Shown here: positions 28,937-38,743 of the stretch, one piece after another
How positions within the stretch are numbered: the first letter of the stretch is position 1
How the letters are laid out: every line of letters begins with the position of its first letter
Assembly (NCBI GenBank): GCA_049517415.1
Contig: JBEKSC010000003.1
Coordinates: 32,001 to 96,000, forward strand
Reading direction: 5' to 3'
DNA: 64,000 bases
Source: Candidatus Bathyarchaeia archaeon
GTDB lineage: Archaea; Thermoproteota; Bathyarchaeia; 40CM-2-53-6
Program-made: the position numbers and the translations under genes
Notes under the pieces: model-generated
What the model was told of the DNA's origin: nothing
Databases searched by the model: none
The model's input: the letters and a program-made list of their open reading frames with translations, nothing else

Positions 28937-29632
28937 CTACTCTTTCCTCTTCGCCAATGTAACGGCCATGACACGAGCTTGGTCGCACGCATCTTCGCAA
29001 CGATCCGCAGTATTCTCAATCGCTTCCAAGAATTGGCTGAGCAGAATAATCGAACCCACATGTATCCCATCCGTTTCGATATCTTTGAGGATACCCCGTG
29101 CTTTCTGGTGTAGGCCGTCAACTTTCTCCTCCAACCTTTCGACTTGGTCGGCCGCTTTTAGGGATGCGTCAAGACTACCATCCATAAGCTTCTGCACAGT
29201 GTCTGTAACGTGTAATGTGGCTTCGGTCGTTGTGGAGCACATTTCCACCAAAACGTCTTGAATTTGCTTGGGCATTTTGGAGAGGTCGAACATGATGAGT
29301 ATGCGGCTTCCTTCGTGTGCCCAGTCGGTTATCCAATCAAGCTGCCTGCCCAGACGCATCAGGTTGACACGGTCATCCGAAGGCAACTCCCCACGTGCAA
29401 GTTCCTCTATGATTCGCCTCCGCAAGACATCTGCTTCATGTTCCCTCTGCTCAAGTAAAGTGAAGTTCTTCTCCAAATCATCCTTCCCACCTTTGATGGC
29501 ATCTTGGATACATTTTCCTAGTATCTCAACGGTGACTGTAGTCATTCTCGAATGCTCAAGGACTAAGCCCATTGCCTTCACGGTTCGACGTGCCAACAGC
29601 CAACTCTCTAGCGACATCTCATCACACCTCAA
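28937..29632 (-). CDS. DUF47/PhoU-like phosphate transport regulator
   Basis: Two helical repeats: EHEADVLRR..D..D and LEEKVD..ENTADRCEDACD. Confidence 0.8.
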   Translation of the reverse strand: MRCDEMSLESWLLARRTVKAMGLVLEHSRMTTVTVEILGKCIQDAIKGGKDDLEKNFTLLEQREHEADVLRRRIIEELARGELPSDDRVNLMRLGRQLDWITDWAHEGSRILIMFDLSKMPKQIQDVLVEMCSTTTEATLHVTDTVQKLMDGSLDASLKAADQVERLEEKVDGLHQKARGILKDIETDGIHVGSIILLSQFLEAIENTADRCEDACDQARVMAVTLAKRKE

Positions 29633-29650
29633 TCATCATGATGCAATGAA

Positions 29651-30745
29651 CTACTCCAGGCTGGTCTCTTTCTCCAATCCTTCTGCGGGATAGTCAAATA
29701 AGAGCATGCGCCCATCGTCAAAAGATGCCCTAACGCTCTCGCCCACTCTGAAACCAGTACTGTATTCCGCAGTGGACACTTCAGCAATGATTTCAATTCC
29801 GCCTTCAACCTCGACAACGTAACGGTTCAAGTTACCCAAGAAAGTGACCTGCTTGATTAGCCCTTTCCATCCCACTTCAGTTGGCGTTGTCAATGGGACG
29901 AATTCAGGGCGAATCGATACGATCACCCTCTGGCCAACTTTTTTCCCAAATCCCGAAACTCTGATTCTGTGGCCATTAATGTCCACTGTGCACTGCGAGC
30001 CATCCGTTCCCAATACTTTTCCCTCTAGAAGATTAGTTTCGCCAACGAAATTCTCTGTAAACAGTTTCCTTGGTGAAAGGTAAATTTCGGATGGTTTACC
30101 GACTTCGACAATTCGGCCACTTTTCATTACAACCACACGGTCCGCAATAGACAATGCTTCCTCTTGGTCGTGAGTTACGTGGATTACAGTCAGGCCGAGG
30201 TCCGAGGCTAGCTTCCGCAGCTCATATCGTAATTCCGCCCTAACGATAGCGTCCAAAGCTCCCAGTGGTTCATCTAGGAGGAAAAGGTGAGATCCAGTTG
30301 CAATGGCTCGGCCTACTGCTACCTTCTGTTGCGCACCGCCGCTCAGCTCCTTTGGATAGGCCTTGGAGCGGTCTCGGATGTTAATGAGGTCTAACATTTC
30401 GTTTGTAACGGTTGTTATTTCAGTCGATTCTGCATGTCTAACCGCGAGCCCGTATGATATGTTATCCCTAACTGACATGTGTGGAAAGAGGGCGATATCC
30501 TGGAACACGTAGCCAATTCGCCTATCTTCGATTGGGGTTTGCTCAACGGATTTACCGTCGATGAGAATTTGGCCATTGTCTGGTTTGTTAATGCCTGCGA
30601 TGCACCGGATCAGTGTACTTTTGCCGCAACCGCTAGGGCCGAGTATGCATACGTACTCTTTGTCTTCAACGTGGAGTGAGATGTCGGCTAACGCTTGGAT
30701 GTTTCCGTAGATTTTCGACACTCCAAGCAAGTCCAGCTTTGGCAT
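29651..30745 (-). CDS. ABC transporter ATPase with TOBE domain
   Basis: GPSGCGKST, FQDIALFPHM, LDEPLGALD, VTHDQEEA. Confidence 0.9.
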   Translation of the reverse strand: MPKLDLLGVSKIYGNIQALADISLHVEDKEYVCILGPSGCGKSTLIRCIAGINKPDNGQILIDGKSVEQTPIEDRRIGYVFQDIALFPHMSVRDNISYGLAVRHAESTEITTVTNEMLDLINIRDRSKAYPKELSGGAQQKVAVGRAIATGSHLFLLDEPLGALDAIVRAELRYELRKLASDLGLTVIHVTHDQEEALSIADRVVVMKSGRIVEVGKPSEIYLSPRKLFTENFVGETNLLEGKVLGTDGSQCTVDINGHRIRVSGFGKKVGQRVIVSIRPEFVPLTTPTEVGWKGLIKQVTFLGNLNRYVVEVEGGIEIIAEVSTAEYSTGFRVGESVRASFDDGRMLLFDYPAEGLEKETSLE

Positions 30746-30746
30746 G

Positions 30747-31853
30747 TTATGCCACCTCCAACTCCTTCCTCAAGCCCTCCGCTGGATACTCGAAGACTAG
30801 GGCATCGCTCTCAAGGAAACCTACTAACACTTCCTCGCCTACCTTGAACGCGTTGTCCTCACTTTCTGCGAACTGGCGTGAGGCAATGATGTCACCGTTC
30901 GGAATGCGAATTAAGTACTCCTTGGAATTTCCAAGGAATCTGACGCCGCGAATTTCGCCTTTGAAGACGTTTTCCATTTCAAGCCGGTCGCGAGATATTC
31001 GGATACGTTCCTTTCTCAGAGCTAGGATAACTGGCGCGGTGAGTGTCAGGGTTTTTGAAGGTGCTTGGATTGTGAGACCGCCCCTTATGTTAATCAACGC
31101 GGTCTCTCCCACAGTGGTGTCTACTATGCCTTCAAGGAAGCTTGCCCCTCCGATCATGTTGGTCACGAAGATGCTCGCAGGTCTCCTGTAGACTCTGCGT
31201 TGTGGCCCATAATCTTGGATTCTTCCGTTTCGTAGAACCATGATTTCGTCACCAACACTCATGGCCTCATCTTGGTCATGGGTCACGTGTATAGCTGTGA
31301 AACCTGACTGTTTCACGAGGTCTCGAAGCTTGTGGCGAAGGTCTAGTCTTAGTCGCGCGTCCAGTGCACCGAGAGGCTCGTCGAGGAGCAGTAAACCTGC
31401 CCCTGACGCTAATCCTCGTGCCAACGCGACCCGTTGCTGCATACCACCGCTAAGTTCGTTCGGTAACGCTTGTGCTCGCCACGACAGTCTTACCAAATCC
31501 AATGCCTTAGAAGCAGTCTCTAGTGCGATAGAAGCAGATTTGCCTCTAGCTAATGGACCGAAGGCTACATTCTGTAGCACGGTCAGATGGGGAAAGAGAG
31601 CGTATTGTTGTGGAACGTAGACCGCGTTTCGATCCTGCGCATCTAAATGATTGACAGGTTTTCCATCAAAGTAGATCATGCCTTCATCAGGTTTTAAGAG
31701 ACCGGCCAAAAGCTTGAGCAGTGTTGTTTTGCCGCTTCCCGTCGGCCCGAGAACACACAGGTATTGGCCGTCACTGACGTCAAATGAAACCTCGTCCAAG
31801 GCCACAACTTTGCCGAAATTCTTCGTGACGTTGGCAAAACTCACTCTGGGCAT
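30747..31853 (-). CDS. ABC transporter ATPase with TOBE domain
   Basis: GPTGSGKTT, LSGGMQQRVAL, VTHDQDEA. Confidence 0.9.
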   Translation of the reverse strand: MPRVSFANVTKNFGKVVALDEVSFDVSDGQYLCVLGPTGSGKTTLLKLLAGLLKPDEGMIYFDGKPVNHLDAQDRNAVYVPQQYALFPHLTVLQNVAFGPLARGKSASIALETASKALDLVRLSWRAQALPNELSGGMQQRVALARGLASGAGLLLLDEPLGALDARLRLDLRHKLRDLVKQSGFTAIHVTHDQDEAMSVGDEIMVLRNGRIQDYGPQRRVYRRPASIFVTNMIGGASFLEGIVDTTVGETALINIRGGLTIQAPSKTLTLTAPVILALRKERIRISRDRLEMENVFKGEIRGVRFLGNSKEYLIRIPNGDIIASRQFAESEDNAFKVGEEVLVGFLESDALVFEYPAEGLRKELEVA

Positions 31854-31856
31854 GCT

Positions 31857-33545
31857 CTATGCAACTTTCCTGGCTGGAATGCGGATGGTGATCAGCCGAA
31901 GCACGACCAATGCGAGGAATGAAGTTGCTACGAGAAAACCGACTCCTAGCGCGCGTTCCGCCGGAGTCACTGTCACTGTTCCCCTAATCCAGCTAACTAG
32001 TAGTATGGGTGCGGTTTTGAGGGTTACAGCAACTGCGGACGTAGCACCCGTCTCGTCCACACTTCTGGTGAAGACTAAGATGGCTCCGGATAACAAAGAA
32101 TACTTTGTGAGGGGTAGTGTTATTTTTCGAAAGACGCGAAGAGGCTGGGCTCCTAATGTTTTTGCGGCGTCCTCAAGTTCCGGTGCTATTCCCTGAATCG
32201 AGGCCGCCATCGTACGAACGAAGTAACTGTAGGTTATGGTGGTGTGGGCTAGCACGATTATCCAGAATTCTGGCAAAGCGCCCATGTTGCGCCAAAAGAA
32301 GTTCAACGAAACTCCAAGCGCAAGAGAAGGCACGATTATGGGGAGGTCGACGAGAACATCAACGACCCTTGCCATCCTCGTCCCGAACCGGTTCCTCGCA
32401 ATCAAGATAGCTACTGGCAAACCAGATCCGATGTTAACGATGGTCGCTAGGACAGCTACCACATAGGAGAGGAGCATACTCGACCAGAAAGCCTTCCAGG
32501 GCCCGACTCCGGCAAAGGCATCAGTCGCGGTTCCGCCGGCAACAGCCTCAACTGCTGGTAAGGCAATGAAAAGACATGGGAGAAGGACGAATACTAGAAA
32601 CCCGATTAGGCTAATCGCATTCCTTGTTGCTACAACAGGTGACTTGCTTAGTTTTCTTTCAAGATTAGGCCAAACCTTGAGTGGAGCAACCCTGATTCTC
32701 GGCGCGATGGTTTTAATCAGTCCGAAAACTACAAGCGACGAAACTATCATGATCAAACTCGCGATAACAACGGCTGACGTTAAGCCTGATCCACGCGCGT
32801 TGTTAATGAACACCGTTCCGTTCTCGAATGCTCCGGCCACAACTATAGTTGCCCCTGTTTCTGAGAGTGAACGCGCTAATGCCAACAGGAAGGCGGCCAA
32901 TATCCCGGGTCTAAGGATAGGCATTGTGACAGTTCGTACCGCAGTGAAAGCTGAAGCGCCGAGCGTTCGCGCGGCGACCTCGTAGGTCTCACGGTAGTTC
33001 AGAAATTCGCCCACCATTACACGCACAATTACTGGAAATGAGAATGCGAAGTGGAGGAGCATAATCAGTATAACGCCAGGACTCACAATGCTCGTAGATC
33101 CAAATAGTTGTGCGAGACCCACCGGGCTGCTCCAGAACTCCAAGATTGAGAAACCCAAAGCTACAGTAGGAACTATGAATGGAATATCAGCAAGGCTATC
33201 AAGAATTGTTATCCAATGCCCGTGACTTCTAACAATAAGCCAAGCCAACGGGATACCGCCTAAAACATCTAGAGTCGAAACGACCAGTCCAATCACGAAG
33301 GACCATGCTACGGCCCCTTCCATCCTTTTCGCAACGACAGGGCTCAAAGCCAAACTAGGAAGTGAAAAGAGTTGAAAAACTATGCCTGCGATCGCGGGGG
33401 TTATCACGATTAAGATAAAGAAAATGATTGCAATCGAGTATACTCCCTTCGTCACACGAGCTCTAGCCGAGAAGCGTTCCAAGATGAGGAGAAATCGCGC
33501 AGCAACACCCGTTGAGTTGGCAGCCCTGGGGCTTGTGCCCTCCAC
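31857..33545 (-). CDS. ABC permease with two fused BPD domains (FbpB/ThiP-like)
   Basis: Two EAA-type motifs (YEVAARTLGA, LEDAAKTLGA) and two ETGAT motifs. Confidence 0.85.
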   Translation of the reverse strand: MEGTSPRAANSTGVAARFLLILERFSARARVTKGVYSIAIIFFILIVITPAIAGIVFQLFSLPSLALSPVVAKRMEGAVAWSFVIGLVVSTLDVLGGIPLAWLIVRSHGHWITILDSLADIPFIVPTVALGFSILEFWSSPVGLAQLFGSTSIVSPGVILIMLLHFAFSFPVIVRVMVGEFLNYRETYEVAARTLGASAFTAVRTVTMPILRPGILAAFLLALARSLSETGATIVVAGAFENGTVFINNARGSGLTSAVVIASLIMIVSSLVVFGLIKTIAPRIRVAPLKVWPNLERKLSKSPVVATRNAISLIGFLVFVLLPCLFIALPAVEAVAGGTATDAFAGVGPWKAFWSSMLLSYVVAVLATIVNIGSGLPVAILIARNRFGTRMARVVDVLVDLPIIVPSLALGVSLNFFWRNMGALPEFWIIVLAHTTITYSYFVRTMAASIQGIAPELEDAAKTLGAQPLRVFRKITLPLTKYSLLSGAILVFTRSVDETGATSAVAVTLKTAPILLVSWIRGTVTVTPAERALGVGFLVATSFLALVVLRLITIRIPARKVA

Positions 33546-33698
33546 CGTTCACTCAACCCAGCAAGCTAGACTTCAGACCACTTATGAACATGGTGCGCTA
33601 AACCTGACATTAAAGATGGAAAACTAGGTTGTTGAATTAGGGCATCATCCTAGTTACTTCTAGAATGGTGGGTAACCAACTACCCTCCTCAGCCAAAG

Positions 33699-33863
33699 TT
33701 ATTCGGGACGGAGAACCGCTCTCCTCGTTGTTTGCGGGGACGGGCTTTCATGAGTCTTACAGTAACTCTCGCAGCTTTTCGCTGTAGTCTCGTCGGCATA
33801 CCCGAAGCCGCAAATTTCACAGACATACACGATTTTTTGCAGATAACTGATTGTTAGAACCAA
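33699..33863 (-). CDS. 54-aa Cys/His-rich small protein (putative zinc-binding)
   Basis: TTG start after GGTGG; MVLTISYLQKIVYVCEICGFGYADETTAKSCESYCKTHESPSPQTTRRAVLRPE*, pattern CxxC-x12-CxxxCxxH. Confidence 0.65.
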   Translation of the reverse strand: MVLTISYLQKIVYVCEICGFGYADETTAKSCESYCKTHESPSPQTTRRAVLRPE

Positions 33864-33948
33864 GGAACCCACCCTGAAAACGATTTAGATACGTTTCATT
33901 TCAGACGAAGCATGTGCTTTAGGTTTATCTGCCCAGACGTTTCCTCCT

Positions 33949-34863
33949 ATGGTCTGCATGGAGTTGGGTGGCGCAAGGTTGGATCAAGCGGCGTTTGCAG
34001 AGATCGCTTTCGAAAGCGCGAAAGACGAGTATACCGATTTCGCTGTTTACAAGAGGCTATCGGAATTTAAGTTCAAGACCCGTGAATTTAGCAGAACACT
34101 TCGCCGACTTGCCGGTATGGAATACCGTCACTACATTCTCTGGAAGAAGTATTGTCCGGGAAGAAAGCCCACAATTAACAAGCTCACTGTTTACATGATC
34201 GTTCTCCTTAGATTCATCTTGGGTGTAACCTTCGCAGTAAGGTACCTCGAACGGAATGAGAAGAATACTATCAAGAAGTACCGTGATCTAGCGTACATGA
34301 TTCCGTCGAAGGATAAGAAGCAATACAACGAAATGATCGCGGACGAAGAAGAACATGAGATGAAGCTTTCAGATTTCAATGAACCCCAGATCAAATACAT
34401 CTCCTTCATAGTGCTAGGCCTGGCGGACGCGCTAGTTGAAATCGCGGGCATCCACGCTGGCTCACTGGGTATTTACAACTCAACAGAACTGGCGGGGTTG
34501 GCCGGGATAATTGCTGGTGCAGCAGCGTCAGTAGCCATGGCATCGGCCGCGTACGCACAGGCAAAGACTGGTTTCAAGGGATCCGCGGCGCTTTCAGCCG
34601 TCTACACTGGAGTGTCTTACTTCGTTACGGCGGTGATCTTGGCGACACCGTACTTCCTAACGAAGGTTATGTTTGACGCGTTAGGTGCCTCGCTGTTCTT
34701 TGCTGTGCTGCTGATAGCTTTCATAAGCTTCTACGGCGCCGTCATTTCCGGAGCTGCATTCAAGAAGGACTTCATAGAGATTACATGCATAATGTTTGGT
34801 GCGACGATTGCCCTATACTTGCTTGGGACAGCAATCAAGTACTTGACCAAGATAACCATCTAG
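33949..34863 (+). CDS. Rubrerythrin-like plus VIT1/CCC1 membrane protein (iron export type)
   Basis: ExxH ferritin-like motifs (EYRH, EEEH) then LGLADALVEI...ASVAMASAAY and TM helices. Confidence 0.85.
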   Translation: MVCMELGGARLDQAAFAEIAFESAKDEYTDFAVYKRLSEFKFKTREFSRTLRRLAGMEYRHYILWKKYCPGRKPTINKLTVYMIVLLRFILGVTFAVRYLERNEKNTIKKYRDLAYMIPSKDKKQYNEMIADEEEHEMKLSDFNEPQIKYISFIVLGLADALVEIAGIHAGSLGIYNSTELAGLAGIIAGAAASVAMASAAYAQAKTGFKGSAALSAVYTGVSYFVTAVILATPYFLTKVMFDALGASLFFAVLLIAFISFYGAVISGAAFKKDFIEITCIMFGATIALYLLGTAIKYLTKITI

Positions 34864-34899
34864 AGATTTATCTTCGTCTGGACCACTAAAAGTGACCCA

Positions 34900-34924
34900 C
34901 CCCCCTAGGGGGCGCCTCCAAGCG
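34900..34924 (+). repeat. Target motif copy 1, left part (CCCCCTAGGGGG palindrome plus TSD TCCAAGCG at 34917-34924)
   Basis: Continues at 39862 after the insertion; 27/32 identical to copy 2 at 39919-39950. Confidence 0.75.
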
Positions 34925-35074
34925 GGTTCTGGTAACTTTGGAGGGTGGTTCTGAGGGCTGGTAACTTCAGGGGGGCACTCAGTTTTTCGGGTAATGTCAC
35001 GTCTACGTTTGGTAGGCCACCTAATTCTTGTTGTAACATTTCGTTTGGTGCTGGTGTTAGTGTGGTTCCTATCG

Positions 35075-35437
35075 TTAGATGTTCCACGTAGAATCACGCT
35101 TTCCTGCGCCACAGGCGGGACACGCATAGTATGTATTGAGTAGACCACGCTCCGTACTAGTTTGAACCTTAACCATCTTTTCATGGCACCTCCAACAACT
35201 CCTACCTAGCGCTGCGAACGGGCCCACTGCTACTATAATCAATAGTCCTCCAACAAGGCCGCCAAAAAATAGGTAAGCTGAAGGGAGACCTACGTACAAA
35301 CCAGTAGAGGAATCGTAGTACTGAAGAGGTACAAAAATTGCTGTTAAAACCCCTAGCAGCAACATCCCGAATCCTATCACGAGAAATGTGACATCATTAA
35401 AACCCCATCTCGACCTCTTCTTGAGTTTTGACTGCAA
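35075..35437 (-). CDS. Cargo: 2-TM membrane protein with C-terminal zinc ribbon
   Basis: Two hydrophobic helices, then CWRC...CPAC. Confidence 0.65.
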   Translation of the reverse strand: MQSKLKKRSRWGFNDVTFLVIGFGMLLLGVLTAIFVPLQYYDSSTGLYVGLPSAYLFFGGLVGGLLIIVAVGPFAALGRSCWRCHEKMVKVQTSTERGLLNTYYACPACGAGKRDSTWNI

Positions 35438-35536
35438 CGGAGGTGTAGCTCAACACGAGCATTATGGCAGTTGACTATTTACGAGTTAGCAAACAATAAT
35501 ACAAAACGCAAGAATAGAAGATAGAAAGAGTAAGAC

Positions 35537-36103
35537 TTGAAGCCCAAAACGAAATCAAATTGGAAGAAGATTCTGATAACCGCAGTGTTTGTCACACTAG
35601 GTTTGGTAGCAGCCATTGGGTACGAATCATACGCCGAACACCAACAATCACTGTATCCTACGAGTTCAAGCACCGCCGCTCTTCAACCGTCAAATTTTAC
35701 CATGAGCAGCAGCCAAGGTTGCCTAATGAATGAGACAGGGGGAACCTACGACTACTTTGCAATCACCATACGAAATAGCTACAGCGAAAATGTTCGGTAC
35801 CTTAACGCTTCAATCGTCGTCAGTTACATCGACCTGATAAACGATCAAAAGGCTTCCCACTTGTATCCACCACTCAGCAAGCCAATAACGAAGGTCGTTG
35901 AAGGACCTAACGAAACCGTCACTTGGGCATTCCCCATAAACTTCCCAATGTGGGGAACCTATTGGGAACCGCAGTACGCGGGTACGCGGATATTTGGTGC
36001 TAGTTTTACGTTAATTATCTTCTATCAACAAAACGACACGCCGCCCCAAGAGGTCTCCTTTCCTAGAACCTTTTGGGCTATCGACACGCATCCTAATTGT
36101 TGA
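35537..36103 (+). CDS. Cargo: membrane-anchored or secreted hypothetical protein
   Basis: Basic N-terminus, TM helix, Ser/Thr/Asn-rich extracellular-type domain, 188 aa. Confidence 0.7.
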   Translation: MKPKTKSNWKKILITAVFVTLGLVAAIGYESYAEHQQSLYPTSSSTAALQPSNFTMSSSQGCLMNETGGTYDYFAITIRNSYSENVRYLNASIVVSYIDLINDQKASHLYPPLSKPITKVVEGPNETVTWAFPINFPMWGTYWEPQYAGTRIFGASFTLIIFYQQNDTPPQEVSFPRTFWAIDTHPNC

Positions 36104-36112
36104 TTCCCGCAC

Positions 36113-36346
36113 TCACTCTAACCATAGTGAAGAGACACCAATCGCACCGAACGCGAGGATAACAACAATTCCCAGTGTACTTACCGCTTCAACTTGAAAA
36201 GATGAAAGTAACGGGCCAAATCCCTCACGCAACAAAGTCGCAACCATTGCATCCAGACTTACACCCAGAAGCGAATAGGGCCATAGTGACCCAAACCAGA
36301 GAGGCAAACTGAAGGTAAGCTCAATGCGAGCATTTTTCCCACCCAC
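36113..36346 (-). CDS. Cargo: small hydrophobic hypothetical protein
   Basis: 77-aa ORF with hydrophobic segments filling the space; start uncertain. Confidence 0.35.
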   Translation of the reverse strand: MGGKNARIELTFSLPLWFGSLWPYSLLGVSLDAMVATLLREGFGPLLSSFQVEAVSTLGIVVILAFGAIGVSSLWLE

Positions 36347-36455
36347 GTAGACTCGACGCAGACCCTATGCCCACCAAACGGTTTGTTGCAACACCCAAAA
36401 AATGCGTCACCAAACGCAGACATTACGTTACTGGCTTTCGGGACTTGACGCCAAC

Positions 36456-37058
36456 TCAACTCAACCAAACGCGCACGCACGAACAGAGAAATCGTGCAAG
36501 AACCGAAAACGCCCAAGATAGAAATGGGATGAATCCCTCAAGTGCTATGATTATCAAGGCTACTGCGGAAATGTACATGCTGTACTTAGCATAGATTGTA
36601 TTCCACGTAGTCACTTTGACACTCTGAATCGATTGGCCATCCGGTCCGATTTCATACGAAGTTGCGCCGTCAAAGCTAGTTAGACCCGTGTTCGTGGGGT
36701 CAATCCCTCTGCAAAAGAAAAGACCGAAACCGCTTGAGAGAGCCTCACTTTTCTGCTCTGTAAGGACACGGTCGAACTTGGCGTAGTCTTCTTGCTCCGG
36801 CTTCAGTTGTGGGATATCTACTCGCCAAGTGACAAATTGCCCAGATGTCCAGATGACTCGCATGAATGCACATCCGGAAGGGAAAGGCACTGATTGCAAG
36901 TTCTTGAACTTGAACCGCAAAGCGTAACCTTCCGTATCGACGAAATCTTCACGCTTTCCCCATTTATGCTTGCCCAACCTAAGGAAGGGGGCCTCAGACC
37001 TAATCTCAACTTTTAATCCTAGGCGGTGCTGGACTGTGGCAGAAGTTGTGGTGGCCAA
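36456..37058 (-). CDS. Cargo: hypothetical protein with C-terminal TM
   Basis: 200-aa ORF with a hydrophobic C-terminal helix. Confidence 0.65.
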   Translation of the reverse strand: MATTTSATVQHRLGLKVEIRSEAPFLRLGKHKWGKREDFVDTEGYALRFKFKNLQSVPFPSGCAFMRVIWTSGQFVTWRVDIPQLKPEQEDYAKFDRVLTEQKSEALSSGFGLFFCRGIDPTNTGLTSFDGATSYEIGPDGQSIQSVKVTTWNTIYAKYSMYISAVALIIIALEGFIPFLSWAFSVLARFLCSCVRVWLS

Positions 37059-37221
37059 GGGAAGAAATCAAGAATTCTTTTGTTGTGCCTCCTTTATTAC
37101 GGCTTCCCAATGTTGTCTTTAGGCTAAGACTTCTTTTTTCTTCTTCTTAGCTTGATTCCGGTTCTGCTAACTTCCGTAGGTGACGATTATGGATTCCCTT
37201 AGTGCTAACTTGCGGGGGAAT

Positions 37222-37506
37222 TCAATGCCAACCAATAGCCAAGAGATACTCAATAATCGCTCCAAGAGAGGCTACCGCGAAACCTATGATTTCCAAGCGG
37301 AAATGCCAATTGACAGTCTGGTAAAGATAACCCACATCAGAACCCCATCCTTTCACGCCATGCCTATTCCGCTCTATGTTTTTGCGCAACAATTCAATAG
37401 CGTCATGATTCGATTTCTCAATGCCCAACTTAGTGATGTATGAGGCAACAGCTAGACATAGAAACAGAATTGCAATAAAGACGAACAGAACTGAAATCAT
37501 GACCAT
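37222..37506 (-). CDS. Cargo: small 2-TM membrane protein
   Basis: 94 aa with hydrophobic N- and C-terminal helices, directly downstream of the transposase. Confidence 0.55.
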   Translation of the reverse strand: MVMISVLFVFIAILFLCLAVASYITKLGIEKSNHDAIELLRKNIERNRHGVKGWGSDVGYLYQTVNWHFRLEIIGFAVASLGAIIEYLLAIGWH

Positions 37507-37532
37507 GGATAAGTTGAAACGAGGAAATAACG

Positions 37533-38672
37533 CTAACCTTTACGAGTTGATTTCTTGATTAGCGACTCCCACATGTTACCAGTAAGACCTAATTCGATTC
37601 CCGCCGCTTGCGCTGGTGTCTTGCCCCCTAGTGCTGTGTGTGGGCGTAGGTAGTCGTAGTAGATACGTTGTCCCTCAATGAATGCGGAATCTGGTTTCTT
37701 GATTGCTCGCATCGTTTTCGATCTCTCCTTGAATGTGCCATGATAGCGTTCCATGCGATTATTGTTCACACGACCCTGAATGCCAATTCCTGAAACATGC
37801 ACCGCATTCGGAAACTCTCTTTGTGCTGCTGGGACATACGACGACAAGCCATCGGTGAGTAGAACCCTTGCATCGGTCTTAGCTACGGCTTTTGCTTCTC
37901 GGAATGCTTCTCTCGCGTCGGCTACGGTTCTGCCTTGCGAAACATGGTTTGCGAGTAGAAATCTTGTGTCGCTATCCATTAGATGCCATAGCCATACCCA
38001 TTGACCCCGAATGTTCACTTTCGTTTCGTCAGCGTGAAAAACCCGTGAAAGTTCAGGATGTAGAGCATCGACATAATCACGCATTAAAGCCACATATTTC
38101 TTAATCCACTTGATGACCGCAACATGGCTTACGTTCACTCCCTCAAACTGTTTCAAGTGGTCAACTATCTTTCGGAGGCTAACGCCTTTGAAATAAAGGT
38201 CTAGCGCGACCGTAATCGCGTGTGGGTTCGTGTGCATCTTCTCGAAACCGTTGTTCTTCGCATCCCACTTGTGCTTGCAGTCGATGCACTTGTACCGCTG
38301 TGTCCGGCTGTTGGCATGATAACGCCAGCCCCACTTTTGGATATGAGTTGAATTGCATCTAGCACATTTCTCTATTGAGCTATCGGATATTTCTGGGGCT
38401 AAGTCTAGGTTCTGAGCTGTTACATGCTCTCGGAAATTCAGAGAGAAGAAAGTCGCGTAAATGTGCTTGCAGGCTACTTGTCTATTCAGGAAGTCTGGGC
38501 ACTCGCAAGCCCAATCTTCTCCCATTCTAGTCACAAGATAATGACCGTTCCCTGATTGTGACTTCACGCGGTAAGCGTTCTCGTTTAGGCGTTTGATTTC
38601 AGTTCCATTAGATAGCATTTCCCACGCACGAATCTGTCGTGCTTCAAGGGTTACTGCCAATTTCTTCACCAA
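37533..38672 (-). CDS. DDE transposase (IS6/IS240-like) with N-terminal SWIM finger and zinc ribbon
   Basis: CECPDF..CKH (SWIM), CARC...CIDC, SLRKIVDHL HTH, HADETK / TDGLSSY / NNRMERYH (D,D,E), RPHTALGGKTPA tail. Confidence 0.92.
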   Translation of the reverse strand: MVKKLAVTLEARQIRAWEMLSNGTEIKRLNENAYRVKSQSGNGHYLVTRMGEDWACECPDFLNRQVACKHIYATFFSLNFREHVTAQNLDLAPEISDSSIEKCARCNSTHIQKWGWRYHANSRTQRYKCIDCKHKWDAKNNGFEKMHTNPHAITVALDLYFKGVSLRKIVDHLKQFEGVNVSHVAVIKWIKKYVALMRDYVDALHPELSRVFHADETKVNIRGQWVWLWHLMDSDTRFLLANHVSQGRTVADAREAFREAKAVAKTDARVLLTDGLSSYVPAAQREFPNAVHVSGIGIQGRVNNNRMERYHGTFKERSKTMRAIKKPDSAFIEGQRIYYDYLRPHTALGGKTPAQAAGIELGLTGNMWESLIKKSTRKG

Positions 38673-38676
38673 TTCC

Positions 38677-38733
38677 TTGTGTGGTGATATTACTGCACAA
38701 GAGTAATATAATGCTTGCGGTGATATAACTGCA
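38677..38733. promoter_or_regulatory. Divergent promoter with two imperfect palindromic operator-like sites flanking a TATA-like box
   Basis: TGTGGTGATATTACTGCA (38680-38697) and TGCGGTGATATAACTGCA (38716-38733), 16/18 identical, either side of TAATATAA (38704-38711). Confidence 0.7.
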
Positions 38734-38743
38734 CGGTGAAAGC

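Larger units (their letters stand above)
34991..36431. mobile_element. Nested segment bounded by 60-bp imperfect inverted repeats (putative non-autonomous element or invertible cassette)
   Basis: 34991-35050 vs reverse complement of 36372-36431: 41/60 identical without gaps, each with two CGTTTGGT cores 36 bp apart. Confidence 0.65.

Noticed and set aside
35051..37530. Integron-type cassette array for the cargo genes
   Set aside because: Genes are in mixed orientation; no recurring attC-like hairpins and no tyrosine integrase were found
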